A stretch of 64,000 bases of DNA from Curvularia clavata (GCA_023920165.1 CP089278.1:248001-312000); one strand, 5' to 3'. Numbered from the stretch's first letter, positions 49,351-62,047 are shown. Translations and numbers: made by a program. The notes: a model not told the origin generated them from the sequence alone.

Positions 49351-51428
49351 ATGGCGGACCCTCTTTCGATAGCTGCGAGCATCGCATCACTATTGACGCT
49401 CGGTATCCAGTCATGCCGTTTCCTCAGCAATTTCTTTTCGAAGATCTCCGATGCCCCAGTCGAGGCGAGGCTATATCAGCTATGTTTCCAAGCTATGGAC
49501 GCCACATTTTGTGAGCTTCAGGCAATTTGTGAAAGTTGGCCGGCAACTGGAGAGGTCACCTTCCCCATGGGGTTTGAAGACCGTCTGACGTCATGCATGA
49601 AAGATCTCCAGTCCGTCGATGCTTTCATCAGAAAAGCCCAACCAGACATTTATACGACAACAATGAAAAGGGCCTGGGCCAAAGTAAAATATGCTATGTT
49701 TGCCGATGACCGCCTCGGGAAATTCTCCGTTCGACTGCAGCAATACCAAGCGTCGTTCACACTGGACTTGATAGCCATTAACACGTTAGTTCACATGAGT
49801 AATTTCACTAATAGTTACTCACATATTCGCAGAAAGTTGGCTTTGCTTAATTCTCGTCAACTCACGCAGATAGTATCACAGACGCAAAAGTCCATTGAAC
49901 AGCGCTCACAGTTCACAATGGCCAACGTAACTTCCACGTCCGATTTGATGAGCTTTAGTAAACCTTTGGGCTTTTTAAACCTATGGTCGTGCAATTCAGA
50001 CATGATTTCAGTAGTCATCTACAGACGGCAGGGTGCAAGAGCAGGATTTGGTGGTGTTCGAATCAAGCTCAAGTTCCAGGTTGGATCGTGGATCAGGTTC
50101 GTGTATTTTACCTTCTTCCCCGCGAGGGCCGAGATGGGCTCTGGCATTTCTGCGCATTGCACTCTTATGCTTCCAACAATACTGCCTTTCAGCGCCCAGG
50201 TGTTTCGCTACGCATGTGATGGCAATACAAACACCATACGATCAATGTTTCTCTCGCGCAAGGCAACGCCAACTGATACTACGCCCGACGGTGCAAGCCT
50301 TCTGAATGTAGGAGACATCCACTTGGATTCGTGAAGAACTTTCAATTGACTCTCATCAGATTGCGACACAAAACGGCCACCTCGAGCTGGTTGAGTTCCT
50401 CTTACAATGTGGTGCAGACGTCGAAGCATCCGACGATCATGGCCGGTATTTTCTCATTCTGCATTATGCATGGTATATCCTCACTGATTGCACTTAGCAC
50501 AGCACTACACCGAGCAATGCAAAGCTCCGGACAGATCGAGATATGTAGGGCATTACTCCGAAAGGGGGCCGACCTTACTTGCCTCGACATAGAGCAAAGA
50601 ACGCCTTTACATAACTTTTTCAACGAGACGACAAGTGAATTTTTACTTAATCAAAATGATGTTTTGGAATTGCTTGAACTTGACTGCTACGGTATGAGCA
50701 TTTTACATCATGCAGCATGGTCGAGCCAGAGCAAACCAGAGCACTTTTCGTACTACTTGGAAAGGCAGCCGGCGCTGTACGACCTTCCTGACCACGAAGG
50801 CAGATGTCTGCTACACTATGCTTCTGAACGTGGCAACGTACCTTTAGTAGAATACCTATGCAGCGTCCCGAATGCGGACACCGCCCTTCGAGATGCTACT
50901 GGACGGATGCCCATCCACTATGCAGTGCGAAGTCGACGGGTACAGGTGATCGATGTACTGATCTCTAACGGAGCGGACATAAGCTCAGTGGGCGCGAGGG
51001 GGTGGAACACAATACACGAAGCCGTGATGAGGGACAACGTCGAGGCGATTATCCATGTGTGTACACTCCTTGGAAGTCGGGTAGACTTTATGCTAAAGGC
51101 TATCGACCGGCAAGGTTTGACGCCGCTCGCACTGGCTAAGAAACGTAAAGCAGTGGCTGCACTGGATTATCTGAAGACTCATCATCTTGTTGATGCGCAA
51201 GAGAACCACGCGTCACAAGATAATGGTGATCTGCGTGGGCCGGAACATAGTCTTGTATCTTCACTTGGGAGAAATCAGCCATGCATTCGTCATGGTACAA
51301 TGCGCTGGCATTTTCGTGACCCGGCACACAAGCTTTATTTACGGTTATTTTTTGCGATCGGCTTTCTCTCATTGCTATTCAACTTCAGAAATGGTTCTGT
51401 ACTACTCGAGATAATGCCATATTCTTAG
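49351..51428 (+). CDS. HeLo-like/SesA (fungal STAND N-terminal) domain, ankyrin repeats and C-terminal hydrophobic anchor; no NACHT; 4 exons
   Basis: MADPLSIAASIASLLTL...ISDAP...KRAWAKVKYAM...L..F..RLQQYQASFTLDL is the typical pattern. Ankyrins TALHRA, TPLH, SILHHAA, CLLHYAS, MPIHYAV, NTIHEAV and TPLALA. Introns about 49785-49831, 50308-50359 and 50447-50497. Confidence 0.85.
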
Positions 51429-52344
51429 CGATCATTGGGGGCTAGCAACTTGGCACAAGCATGGTTCGAGTTCAAGTAATTGAGATTCCCTGATGAGGCA
51501 GCTTAAAACCAAGAGGACAAAGCAGCAGGAGCTTCACTCCACGAGGGAGAAAGGAAGCCAAGAATAGTTGATGATTCAGTGGAGGCGTTACCAGCGCGCT
51601 CCTTATCAGGATTACCTTAGTGCACCAAACACTACAGTATCCGTACCTTATTTGTATCGATTAATTCGGGATGTCACTGCCACTTCTAGCAGGGCGAATA
51701 CTAGAACAAGTTCCAGTAATTTAGGAAATACTGTTAACTACCCCAACGCCTACATGTATACGACTTTCACAAAATTTGGTAAAGCAAGCGCCCTGGGAGC
51801 ACAATGAAGGAGGATTCGCTAGATACCCTCTGAGCCGCTAGCTTGAAAACGTGGTTATCCCACCAGTCTAGGCATATCAGCGTCCCACTTTGGAGAGAAT
51901 ACGCTATAGCCTCACATAAATCTCCACCGAGTCTGGCTCACGTATCCTTCGAGTCCTGCCAAGAGCCTCAAGAACAGTCTGGGAGCCTCGGCCTCTTCTA
52001 CTTATTCACTAATTTACTAAGATTCGTCCCTGATTGCAGAGACCCACTGTGTCGCGAGACAGGTTCACACTACGGACGTCCGGAAATGCTTCCTCTCAAT
52101 TCTCTTAAGGTTTAAATGATACCTAATTATTCTCTAGCCACTATTCTTCAAGTCAACTCATCTCCGAATTAGATTGCTGTAGTGCTGGCTAGGCTGCTGG
52201 CCGTTGCGTTGACGTCGTCAATCGGTTCTTTAACGACACCACCTATCCATTGATGATCAACCAGAGCAATAACCACTCGGAGGATTGCAAAGAGAGCACA
52301 AAAGGAAGATAGATTCTTTTAGCTTATGATCTTACTTCGACCTC

Positions 52345-54913
52345 TTAGAAACCAATGCGGCTGAAAGTATACTTCTTGGCAACAGGCTTTTTGGTATTTA
52401 ATGTCTTGATGTGAGCAATGGAATGCATTGCCTTGCCGCCGGTCTCCAGGTCCATCTTCTTCGTGGGGTTCAGCCAGGTTCTTATTTGTTGGCTAAATTG
52501 TTTCTGTAACTCTTTGTAAGACGACGCAGCCAACGTATCCTTATACGATTTTAGAATGGTATATAATCCTGAAGCGAGGATATGCAGTTCTCGTGCCAAC
52601 GCCTTCAGCTTGAGCGGAGCTCCAACTTCGGAGAGGAAGTTGTTGAGTGGTTCAGACCAATTCTGTCGTCTTTTCAATGCGGTTGGAGGGTAAGACACCT
52701 GCTCCCCTCGTATAAACAGCCCACAGCATCAGAGCTGACCCACACAACTTTCTGAGGGCCTGAGTCTCCTTGTTCAGTCGTGCAGCACCCTTCAACGCGT
52801 CGATTTTGGTCACACAATTCTCAATCTGGCATCTGAAGCTTCCAGCGTCCATGTCTCCAAGGATTCCTTTCTCGCCATTCGCCAGGTCAGTCAGCCCCTT
52901 CAAGGACTTTATCGCATTGCGGCGATGAATTCCTACGACTGTATTTCTCTTGATCAGATCTTGTACTTCACTCTCGAAGTACATGTTATCGGTGGCGATG
53001 AACTGAAGGACAGCAGCTCGAGCGGTGCTTTCGGGTGGCGCAGTGTCGGCTGAAGGTATAACCGGAGCAGCTTCGGGAGCAGTTTCGGGAGCGGCTTCTT
53101 GAGTTCCATTGAACTTCTCTGCAGTCGCAGCAAGCAACTTAGAAAACCCGCTGGAGGCGGGTACAGACTCTTTCTGCTGCTCAGTACTAACAGCCTCTGC
53201 GGTTGCAGCAAGAAGCTTTGCAAAACCGCTGGATGCTGGTGCAGAGTCTTTTTGTTGGTAAGCATTTACGGCCTGCGTAGTTGCTTGAACCAGTTTCGCG
53301 AAGCCGCTGCCAGCTGGCGCTGAGGGTGCAGCTGGGACTGAAAGTCCTCCGGAAGGCAAGGTGTTCGGCGCAGATTCGGCCGCTCTGATTGGTAAGGTCG
53401 TCTTGGTTGGTAAAGTCATATAAGATTTGTTGGCGGGGACTGACTTCGGGGCGAGAGGGTCCTGGAACGGAGTGGGATTGGCGATAGCCATGCAGACGAT
53501 CTCAATACCTTGAAGCATGTCGAATGCCTCTGGGAAGAAATCCAGCTTACCTTTGAGACAGAAGTACATTGCTTCGAGACGCTCCAACGGCCAGACACCC
53601 TTGAGCTTATCAGCGCCGACCTCCTCCAGAGGTATCTCTTGCTTGCACTCGGTGAGCAACCCGTAAATGGGAAGCAAGACCTCATTTACCAAGGCTCTCG
53701 TAACACCGGCCGCTTTCTCGCGGTCACCAGTCATTAGAGCAGCTTCGATTAAGTCGATGCCCTTTGTGAGATCGGGAGCATAAAGAGCCAGGCGCTCCAC
53801 GCGATTGATATATCTCTCGCGGTAGTGATTGAGAAGGATCTGAATTCTTAACCGCTCGGCTCCCTCCTCCTCAGCTTGACGTTTTTGCTCTTCTTCCTGG
53901 CGGCGCTGCTCAATTTTGTGTGCTTCCCATTGCTCAAGTAAATAGTTGGTAGCCAATTGCTGATTATAGTCGGCGATGGCAGGATCTATATGATTGTGAC
54001 CAGAAGGAAGAAGTTCGAACTTCATCCGTTCCGGACCAAGGATATTCATGAGCCGCTCCTGAACGTATTTTCGACTCTCTTCGTCCGTCTGGCTCTCGTA
54101 GAAAGATCTGTCATGAGCCAAGTTTAGCGTTGCTAGATACGAAGGCGAAGTCAAGCGCTGCGTATACAAGACCTCAGCTGAAGGATTAGCCGCGGCCCTA
54201 CATAGTGAGATACCTGAAGTAGCCATTTCAGCTCTACATGCTCGATGTTGGTCTATACGCTTTTGGACTGCTGCCATCTGTCTGTACTCCCTCCACAGAT
54301 CTCGGCGCTTTCTTTCCGCTATTCCCACTTTGATCTTCGTTGCATGTTCCCGCTTGATGGAGCATAGCTCGACCGATTGGGGGCTGTAGACAGTCTCAAA
54401 GAGGGCGGGAGTGACACCCTGAGTAGTAAAGACGGGCCCCTGGAGAGTTTGGAATGCATCTGGCTCCCATGCGGCTGGTGATGCTTCAACCGTCTGGGGG
54501 CTGCACGCGTCGTCCACACATGCTGTAGTACCAAAGACGTGGTCATGGAGAGCTTCAAGGGTATCGTGATCTGTCGCAAGTAGCTGGGACTGGAGGTTAT
54601 TCGCACTCTCGACAGGTACTGTAGCGACGCGTTGAACAGAACAGACAGAATGAAGAGTTTGCTGGCCATTTTGCTCTCCTGCAACTAGTGGTGCTGCAAC
54701 CGACTGGGACCTGTAGGCGTTCTCGATACTTGCTACATCGGCAGTGGTAACAGTATGACCATACTCTCGAAGATTTTGGAGGGCTTTTCGCTCTCCTACA
54801 AGAATTTGGGCTCTGATAGACGCAAGTGCTTCCTTGGAGTTGTGTCTCTTTACTCTACCCATGCCAGTGAACTTGCTGACTGCATTGCAGACTGTTTCCC
54901 GGAATCCGCGCAT
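52345..54913 (-). CDS. Intronless orphan protein with coiled coil and tandem repeats; probable frameshift near 52700
   Basis: A 753-aa ORF overlaps a 117-aa ORF in another frame that reads like a continuation. No convincing intron joins them. TATA-like elements at about 55030-55050. Confidence 0.6.
53110..53325 (-). repeat. Three 78-bp (26-aa) coding tandem repeats
   Basis: APAGSGFAKLVQATTQAVNAYQQKDS / APASSGFAKLLAATAEAVSTEQQKES / VPASSGFSKLLAATAE. Confidence 0.85.
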
Positions 54914-56642
54914 GGTGAGTGTTAGAAGTGGTGTGTGGAATTTTTGAATGAGAAGTTAGTCTTTATGTTATGTTGAGTTGAGTTTGGAGATGTTGAATTA
55001 CTGTCGGAGGTTTCTGTTCTTAGGGGTTTTTATAGCTGTTCATATATAGACATTTAAGGTGTCAGACGATTGAGCTGACACTCCTTATGCTCATTTGTGT
55101 GAGGTCTGTGAAGACCTAACCTATTGACGGGGCGTTGTAGAGCACAATTATTTGTGAACTAACAGTTAGTTTGGAGAACAAAGAAAAGCTCCGGTATGCT
55201 CTCTGCAATTACCGTAAGCGAATGCTGAAAAATGAGACAAGCAAATGGATGTTGTAAAATCGGGTAGGACTATGTAAGTGCGGTTGGCCAGAAATTAATA
55301 TACCGTACATGGAGTTTTGTGCTGGTCCTCTCAAAGCAACTGCTTGTGCAAAGTTAGAAGCATCATAGTCCTTGGGTTTGAATGAGGCCGCTGTACACCA
55401 TTGTGTTGTTGCTGCACAGTGCTTAAGACAAGTGTCAACGTCTCGCCTTTCACACTGCGATAAATCAAACACTGATGGACGTGTGTTCTCTGCGACCATG
55501 ATTATGATTTTTGTTGCAGTAGAAGGTCTATCTGCACTGTCATAGGCGCAAATGCAGTGAAGACTGCGTGAGTTTGATGTCAAGGCAAAGGAGCTGGGGG
55601 AAGATATTTGCTGTGAGACGCCGGGGATCAGCCACTCAAACGCAGAAGCCAGGAAGAAGAAGTACTCCAATCATGGGACTTGGGTAGCAGCAGCAGACGT
55701 CTAGAAGGAAAGTCACGACGAGAAAGTGACGTCAAAAACACAGCTGTTTACCACATCTAGAAAACGTCAGCGTCTCCCCGCTAGAAGCCGTGCGCTGCGA
55801 ATATACCGTACTCGCATCATGTTGAAAACGTATCTCAACGCATATCTAGTATCGTGACAGGTAATCTGTACGAGGAATTCTGGAAGGCGTAGGTGGGCCA
55901 GGTGAAGCGCACACCTTTAACTACGGATGGCCATGAAAGAAATCCGTCCTAGCTACATCCTGCAGATTCATTATCTCAAAGTTTAGTGAAATAGATGCAC
56001 ACCAGATGAAAGCAGGGCGAGTGTCAAACCGAGGCATGAACGGACGACAAGAAAGTTGACAACTCCACGAGACAGGACTCAGCTGCAAACAAAATCGACA
56101 TCCACAAGGGCAACGAAAGACTTTCTGGCGCTCATCAAGCCACTCAGGGGAACCCCAACAAGCCCCACCAACGCCACGGCACCTGCATATCCGAATCTTG
56201 GTACAGTGGAAAGCAAACAAAAAAAGCCCGCCAAGACATCCCTTCAACACTGGCAAACCAAATAAAGAAGTGGATGCAGCAAGCCTAGACAATCAATCAT
56301 GCATTCCCCAAGTGTCTGGACCTACACCGCCCAGGAACACCCGCCAGGTACAGCGGGAAAGCGGCAAGGCATCCATAATCCTTCATGCTATGCACTGTCA
56401 GCCTTCCCGATTGCTCCTTTTGCAGCTTTGCACGTGACATCCGAAAATCGCAACACAGCACACGACACACTTCAGCCCCATTGATACGTAGTACTATACC
56501 TTTCTTGACCGCCACACCGCTCCATCTCACAGTTTCCCCCCCTTTCTCCCCCAACATTTCAGACACCAAGACCCTACCTTGCAGAACGCGCAAGCAAAAC
56601 CCCCAAGTCCTCCTCGCACAAGCCCCAGTGTGGCTGATCTGT

Positions 56643-56787
56643 GGCGCGCGGCCTCGCTTGGCGATGTGCCGTCAACCCGTATTGGCGCCAGTGGCTCGGT
56701 CGACGCTTGCACCGTAAACAGTCTAGCATATGAATCTGTATCGTTGGCGCGGATCTCACTGGTGCTGGTGTATCGCTCTCGTACGTC
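56643..56787 (+). ncRNA. Candidate structured RNA: about 145-nt imperfect hairpin (milRNA-precursor-like)
   Basis: Nested stems with G-U pairs: 56643-51/56779-87, 56660-71/56766-77, 56685-93/56757-65, 56699-705/56742-48, 56718-21/56736-39. Confidence 0.35.
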
Positions 56788-57274
56788 TAAACCAAGGTTT
56801 TAAGGCAAAAAAGAGGCCAGGGGGTGTGTGTAAAGGCCAAGTTTGGGGGTTGTTGTGGGGAGACAGAGAGGGGCCGTGTGGTCTTCTTTTCTTAGTGGGA
56901 AGGTGGATATGCATGTGGTGTGGTGTGGTTTTTTTACATCATGCATTGGGAAATGGGGGTGCTGTGCCTTGGTTATTTACTCTGGCTTGTTTCCTGCTTT
57001 TCTTAGCGTCCTGCGTACGTAGTTTCTCTCTTTTGAGGCCCTTTTCGAGGTGTCTTGTTCGTTCATTTCGAGAAATCGCCATTCCCTTCTTTTTACCCTG
57101 CGTCGTCGTTCTTTCTGTTGGAGGAAGAGCAAGTTTGGTACTGCCCTGCATACCTTGCCCCCGATTCCGTTCGCTTTCGTTACGTCGTTCCGTTCGATAT
57201 TTACTTTTGTTCCCAAAGTAAAGGACCAGTTACCTATCGTCCGCATAGCTTAATCCAGTAATAAATCGCCAATC

Positions 57275-58394
57275 ATGAGGATCGGACTTCCCTCCGCCAT
57301 ACTCGTCGCACTCAGCAGCATCGGCCTTGCTCTCGCACAAGAACGCTGCGATGCTCCTCACCCAAAGGTATACTGTAATACGACCGAGATTCTGGCCTAC
57401 CAATCCGACGCCTGCACACCGTTCCATGTCTTTGTTGTTCGCGGCTCCGACGAACCTTACCCTGGCCGCTTGGGAAACCTGACAAAACAGGTATGCTCAG
57501 CCATTGGTGGAACCGATAAATGCGGCTTCGAGAATGTCGAGTACCCTGCGAAGAGCTCAGCATGGTCAGAGACGTCATGGTGCGATTCGGCAACAAAGGG
57601 CGCAAAGAATGGCCAGGAACAGATGCAAGCCTACAGCAAGAAGTGCCCGGACAGCAAACTGATTGTTCTGGGCTTCTCGCAGGGTGGCTCTGTGGCGCAG
57701 GACATGCTAGGTGGAGGCGGAGGTCCAACTTTCAAGTGTGAGCAGGGCGATAATTCAGCTCTAGATGCGAGTGTTGCACCTGGTTCCAAAGGTGAGACGA
57801 GTTCTGCCCGTCTACTTTCATGTCATACTAACGAAAAGTCCAACAGTCATTGCAGCCGTTACATTTGGCGCTGTCTCGCGCTCACGTGGGCAAAACTTCA
57901 CCGTTGGCGCCGGCAAGGACTATGACGGAACTCGGGCCCGTACGCCAGAGCAGCTCCAAGGACTCAACCAATATGCCGATGTTCTCCTCGACTACTGCCA
58001 CTACGGCGACCCAATCTGTGCTGTCGGATCCGAGCCGCAAGACGTCAACGAGCACCTCAACTACTTCTTGAAACACAACACCCAGGTCGTACAATGGGTG
58101 GCAGCCATGGCAAAAGTAAGTACGGGCGATGTGAGCGCCAAACCCAGCAAACCCGTCATCGCTTCCTCGACTTCCACCTCGACTCCGGCTTCAGCTTCGG
58201 CTACCTCGAGCATTGCCGCGAAACCAGCAAAGTCGGGGTCGCCAGACGCGTATCCCACATCCTTGACCTTGGCAAGCGTGACTGACGTGGTGGCGGCTGC
58301 ACAGCAGACTGGTACGACAGGTGCTGCGGATTCTCTAAGGGCTACCCTTGGTTATTTGACCGTATTGTCTGCGGCCGTGGTTGTTTTGTTCTAG
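57275..58394 (+). CDS. CE5 acetylxylan esterase/cutinase-family protein, probably GPI-anchored, 2 exons
   Basis: Signal peptide, VRGSDE, VEYPA, CPDSKLIVLGFSQGG nucleophile, AVTFG, YCHYGDPIC...H. S/T/A linker and hydrophobic C-terminal tail. Intron 57792-57846. Confidence 0.92.
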
Positions 58395-58603
58395 ACCAAT
58401 TGATCTCCAGCATACAGTCAAAGCATCGAGACACGGCGTTCTTTGGGCATTTCCGCGGAAAGCATGGAATTAAAACTCATCTATTACTTTTTCTACAAGA
58501 CCTGTACAGCCTCTAATCATTATTTATCGTGAAAGCGAGGGATAAAAGAAATCCATTTGCATGTAGAGTCCCAGCAAGCATCAAAGGACACAGATGGACT
58601 GGC

Positions 58604-60510
58604 CTACAACAGGCCGACAGTCCGTTGCTTCATCTTCTTGACGTCAACGTTCTGCCACAAGGCAACACTGAAAAGGGTGATGCAGTAGACGCAAACGGCG
58701 GCAATGAGCATGTAGCGCTGGGTCTGGCCGTAGCTGAGGTTGATGGCATCGCGAGTCTCGCTTCCAACCGGGTAGCTGGCTTGCACCGTCATGTCGCCGA
58801 AGATTTTATTAAAGTTCTCCATGGCACTCGCCGGCAAGTTCTCTCGGAGTTTAACTGGGAAAACACCAGTCCAGATGGCACCAGCGATAGTAGAGCCAAT
58901 GGCACTTCCGATGGCGATGATCATGGCTTCGACAGCTAGGAGAGCAGGGAAATCCTGCTGTTTGGACACTGCCATAAGAGTGGTCTGTTCCGAAATGACC
59001 AAAACACCACCGCCAAAGGCAATGAAGATCATACACATGACAATGTAGCCAATGTTCTCGTCAGGCTGGCGGAACTTGATCATGAGGCCAACGCCCAGCA
59101 TGGTGAGCGGCACACCAAAGAATAAGGAGTAGATCTTGAGCTTTCCATAGTAGCGCAACATAACTCCGTAGACAATACAGATAAAGCAACTGCCCATTGT
59201 GTAGATGTTGGCGATCCAGGTAGCGTGCACGGCGGACTGGTTGAACAAGACGACCAGGAGCGAGTAAAAGTACGAGTCCCAGCAGTACCAGCCGATGTAG
59301 AGCGAAGCAGCCATGGTGTAGGTGAAAATGACGGTGCGGTTCTTGAGCAGTGGCCAGGGAATGAAGGTGACGGGAGCACCGTACTTCTCCCAGAGACCAA
59401 AGGCAACCACCAGGAGCGCTCCAAAGATGATGAAGCAGATGATCAAGGGAGATTTCCACTCTTCAGCCTGCTTAGAGTAAATGTTAAAGGCCAAGAGGAA
59501 GATGGAAAGTCCGGCGGCCAGGATTAGAAGACCGATAGCATCGAATTCGCGCAGGTAGTAATAGACGGTCTGTCCAAAGCTGCCCCGGCTTGGTCGTGGG
59601 GTGATTAAGCCTTGGCGGCGTGCTTTGCCCTCGTAGACAACAAAGAGGATGATGAGAGGAGCAACGACAATGGGGGAGAGAATGGCGAAGATGCCAAAAG
59701 CCCATCGCCAGCCGATGCCACCTTTGGCCGTGATGCCATTGATACCGTATCCGTAGATCCAGGTAGTAATGAGCCAAGGAGAAGAGGCATAAGAGATGAA
59801 AAGTCCTCGGTTCTTGAGCTTGGAGGTATCGGCGATGAAGACAGTAATGAAAAAGTTGATGCTGTTGGAGCCGACGTAGAAGAAGGTCTGGGCAGCACAG
59901 TAGGCCTTGACGTTGTTGCAACTGGCCATGAGGATGAGACCAATGACATAAATAGCCACTCCCAGGGATAGACCAAAAGGACGGCCCCAGATGTTGAGGA
60001 TCTTGGCATAGGGGAGCTTCCAGATGCCACTGACGATGGAAGAGATGACGGTAGTCAATGCAGTCAGGGAGTGTTCATTGAAGTCGCTGGTGACATAGGG
60101 CGAGAGAGTGCTTGCGGTGCTCGAGACGTAGGCAGTGAAGAACTGGATAAACCACATTCTGAGACGTGTTAGCGGAGTTGCATAGAGACGATGACAGCAG
60201 CATAGACATACAGGATGTATGCCAGGATCAAGTCCCTCTTCTTCCACACAAGAGAGGCAGCCTGAACTGCTTGCACACCATGCTCGGCGGTAGTATCAAC
60301 CTTGTTGAGCTCTTCGTCGGAATCCTGGCTCAGTGAGGATTCCCTGGGACTGCCGAGCTTCTCATCAGGACGAGAAACTTCCATACTGGTGTGACCTTGA
60401 ACGGAAGCTGGGACATCGGCAATGTCTTTGTGGTCGCCATGGGCGGAAGCAGCGTTGGTGTTGCTCGAGAGAATAGCACTGCTACTCAAACCTTTGAAGT
60501 CGAACCCCAT
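58604..60510 (-). CDS. Siderophore-iron transporter (MFS, SIT/Arn/MirB family), 2 exons
   Basis: GVQAVQA...W, PYVTSDF..HSL, AKILNIWGR, ADTSKLKNRG, GWRWAFG, YPVGSETRDAI; about 14 TM segments. Intron about 60159-60210. Start MGFDFK. Confidence 0.93.
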
Positions 60511-60939
60511 GTTGATGAGGCTAGTGCCGATCAACACCTAGAGCAAGGGTAAGGAGGAGAAGGGTGCAGAGATGGAAGATTGATAAGACAAGTAGCCGGG
60601 CATGCTGCAGGCTCATATACGGAAACGACGGTCCACGGGGTCCACAAAGGCCTTGTCAGTAGGTGGGTAATATGCTCGCACCAAGGATGAATGTGGACTC
60701 GACGACGTACCCCGGCGCCTCAGGCCACGCACAAGACAAGCAATAAAGGTGAGGAAGGGCATGCATTTTCGTAACTAGTGTCATGCAAACGAAGCTTAGC
60801 CTTGCCATTCCCAGTGAAGGTCCGGAATTAAGCTCACCGAAGCCCAGCCCAGCCAGTGAGAGAAATCTTATCTTGATCATCAGCCGGCGCCGTTCGGAGC
60901 GCCGGGCCAATAGGAACAGCCTGTGGCGCGACGGGCGGG

Positions 60940-60977
60940 TTATCAGATGAAAATTTTCCATCTAATCTTTATCTGAT
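60940..60977 (-). promoter_or_regulatory. Tandem SreA/GATA iron-repression boxes (ATCWGATAA x2)
   Basis: TTATCAGAT at 60940-48 and TTATCTGAT at 60969-77 read ATCTGATAA and ATCAGATAA on the - strand, about 430 bp upstream of the siderophore transporter. Extra GATAA sites at about 60581 and 60868. Confidence 0.8.
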
Positions 60978-62047
60978 GAAATCCAGCGACATGCACCCGG
61001 TCGCGATGTGGGGCGGAGCATGTGGCGGAGATGAAGACTGGGAATAGTTCCTTCTTGACGAGCAGTCTTTGGTCTGCGACAACGGAGTTGCCGACGTCAG
61101 TTCCGATTTGAGGTCTAGTTGGATACACGACGCGCGGTGCCAATTCTTGTGATGTTGCAACCCAGATGCATTCCACCTCGTATTGTGGAGGCAAAACTGG
61201 TGGTCAGTGGGCTGACCGCGGAATATCACGCATTCGAGACGCAGGTCTCTGCAGATATTCCGCTCCTGTGCCACGCGAGCGCAGGCGGACGCGTTCAATG
61301 TTGCATTGCACCCCTAGACCAATAGAACCAAACGCCGCCGACTTATTGACGAAGAAATACAGCACTATATCTAGTTATGAAAAATCTAGCAATGATGCAA
61401 GTAGCTCTAAGAAAGCTTTCTAGGCCATGATTTGAATGCGATATATAGTTGTGGTTGATTTGTACAACTACAAGTTTTTGGTCAGTATTTGGGTTTGTTT
61501 GTCTTCTAGGGGACGGTTGTGTCTGTCCCCAGGGATCGGACAAAGTGGGGTTTGAGTATACAAGCCAGCTCCATACTATCCATTGTCCTCACCGTGATGC
61601 AGGTCACGTGCCCGGTACACAGAGTCGGATGCATGATGGGGTACATCTTCCCTTGGCCTTTCTGCCTCATCACAGCTACGAGTTGAAATTGCAGAAGTCT
61701 TCATTTGCTGCATTGCCTTGACTTCATGCACCGAGTACTATCTCTAGCAGAGCAGTTCAGCTTGACGTTTCCTTTCACATGTGAAGATGGATGCTTTAGG
61801 CTTGTGTCGCTGTCTACATCATGGTAGTGCCTGTATATTTCTTTCGGCTCCTGTAAGAGAAGAACGGGAATATAAATTTCAACAATACCAGACTATGCAA
61901 CGAACAGGACTCGGTGAAGAAGACGCTGTTCTGGGCTGTGTGGCTGCATCCGAGACGAGCAGAATGGCGCTAGTGAGGCCCTATCCCGGTCGCGTTCCGA
62001 AATAGCTTGGGGGAGCCCATTCCTTCTTCCAACCTCATCGTCGCGCC

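Noticed and set aside
55209..57221. ORFs 55209-55670 (-) and 56730-57221 (+)
   Set aside because: Non-ATG starts, and their composition is explained by local base skew.
35900..57260. Starship or other transposon delimiting the island
   Set aside because: No tyrosine recombinase, transposase or RT motif was found. Scattered TTAC words are not convincing direct repeats. The nearby FRE belongs to the Ctr pair.
54913..57275. Telomerase RNA or tRNA in the 2.3-kb gap
   Set aside because: No CTAACCCTAA-type template was seen on either strand. An A-box-like TGGCGCCAGTGG has no B-box or cloverleaf.
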